From an uncultured Pseudomonadales bacterium (GTDB lineage: Bacteria; Pseudomonadota; Gammaproteobacteria; Pseudomonadales; Oleiphilaceae): a stretch of DNA of 24,399 bases. This document shows positions 23,794-24,399 of the stretch, one piece after another. Position numbers and translations under genes: made by a program. Position 1 is the stretch's first letter, and every line of letters starts with the position of its first letter. The DNA lies in NCBI GenBank assembly GCA_964467875.1, contig CAYXVO010000002.1, forward strand, positions 1-24,399, given 5' to 3'. The notes under the pieces were generated by a model, which had not been told where the DNA came from, did not search any database, and was given only the letters and a program-made list of their open reading frames with translations.

Positions 23794-24399
23794 GTGAATC
23801 AAGTCTATAACGCCGATTCCATCGAGGTTCTCAACGGCCTGGATCCGGTGCGCAAGCGCCCCGGCATGTACACCGACACCACCCGTCCCAATCACCTGGC
23901 CCAGGAAGTCATCGATAACAGCGTCGATGAAGCCCTCGCCGGTCACGCCCGGCAGATCGATGTGGTGCTCAACGAAGACGGGTCGCTGTCGGTCTCCGAT
24001 GATGGCCGCGGCATGCCGGTGGACATCCATAAGGAAGAAGGCATTCCCGGCGTCGAGCTGATCCTCACCAAGCTGCACGCGGGTGGCAAGTTCTCCAACA
24101 AGAGTTACCAGTTCTCCGGCGGTCTGCACGGGGTGGGTGTGTCGGTGGTGAATGCCCTGTCGCAGCATCTGGAAGTGCTGATCAAGCGCGACGGCAACGT
24201 CTATCGCATCACCTTCGCCAACGGTGACAAGGCCAGTAACCTGGAAATCGTCGGCACCTGCGGCAAACGCAACACCGGCACCACGGTCACCTTCCTGGCC
24301 GATCCCAAGTATTTCGACTCCCCCAAGTTCTCCCTGACCCGCATGCGCCACGTGCTGCGGGCCAAGGCCGTGCTGTGCCCGGGCCTGAAGGTCACCTTC
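23794..24399 (+). CDS. parE: DNA topoisomerase IV subunit B, 5' part (runs off the window)
   Basis: Manual translation from GTG 23794 (RBS AGGAG): YNADSIEVLNGLDPVRKRPGMYTDTTRPNHLAQEVIDNSVDEA, DDGRGMPVD, LHAGGKF, SGGLHGVGVSVVNALS. TDTTRPNHL..EVIDNSVDEA is characteristic of ParE rather than GyrB. Confidence 0.96.
   Translation, partial: MNQVYNADSIEVLNGLDPVRKRPGMYTDTTRPNHLAQEVIDNSVDEALAGHARQIDVVLNEDGSLSVSDDGRGMPVDIHKEEGIPGVELILTKLHAGGKFSNKSYQFSGGLHGVGVSVVNALSQHLEVLIKRDGNVYRITFANGDKASNLEIVGTCGKRNTGTTVTFLADPKYFDSPKFSLTRMRHVLRAKAVLCPGLKVTF

Noticed and set aside
23091-24395. - strand ORFs of 233, 189 and 64 aa
   Set aside because: Antisense to the PrcB-family gene and parE.
1-24399. Mobile element, prophage or genomic island
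   Set aside because: No transposase, integrase or phage genes, no long terminal inverted repeats, and no extended AT-rich segment.

Overview
GC-rich, housekeeping-type chromosomal segment, most likely from an environmental gammaproteobacterium (inferred from fadE, parE, YtjA/CsbD and lipoprotein signals). No transposase, integrase, phage gene, rRNA, canonical tRNA or CRISPR array is visible. There are 19 supportable CDSs. In order: a 3'-truncated FATP-type long-chain acyl-CoA synthetase (-); an orphan NarL-type response regulator; a PAS-PAS-GGDEF protein; a stress cluster (YqjG-type glutathione transferase, YtjA, CsbD, DUF2784); two exported hypothetical proteins flanking an MFS transporter; fadE; a DUF482/FemAB-like GNAT; gloC; a coiled-coil + PD-(D/E)XK nuclease-like orphan; a PAS-GGDEF-EAL protein; an amidase; a 905-codon lipoprotein subtilase coupled to a PrcB-family lipoprotein; and the 5' part of parE. 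The best leads are: (1) the S8 protease + PrcB pair, which resembles the Treponema dentilisin complex; (2) an amidase that looks colinear with plant-type fatty acid amide hydrolase; (3) the stand-alone nuclease-like gene with a 12-bp palindrome on its start codon; and (4) an unusual density of short tandem repeats and structured leaders in the intergenic regions, including a 4 x 17-bp array, a 22-bp array and a GGA-rich long hairpin. All family assignments come from motif recognition by eye; no database search was run.
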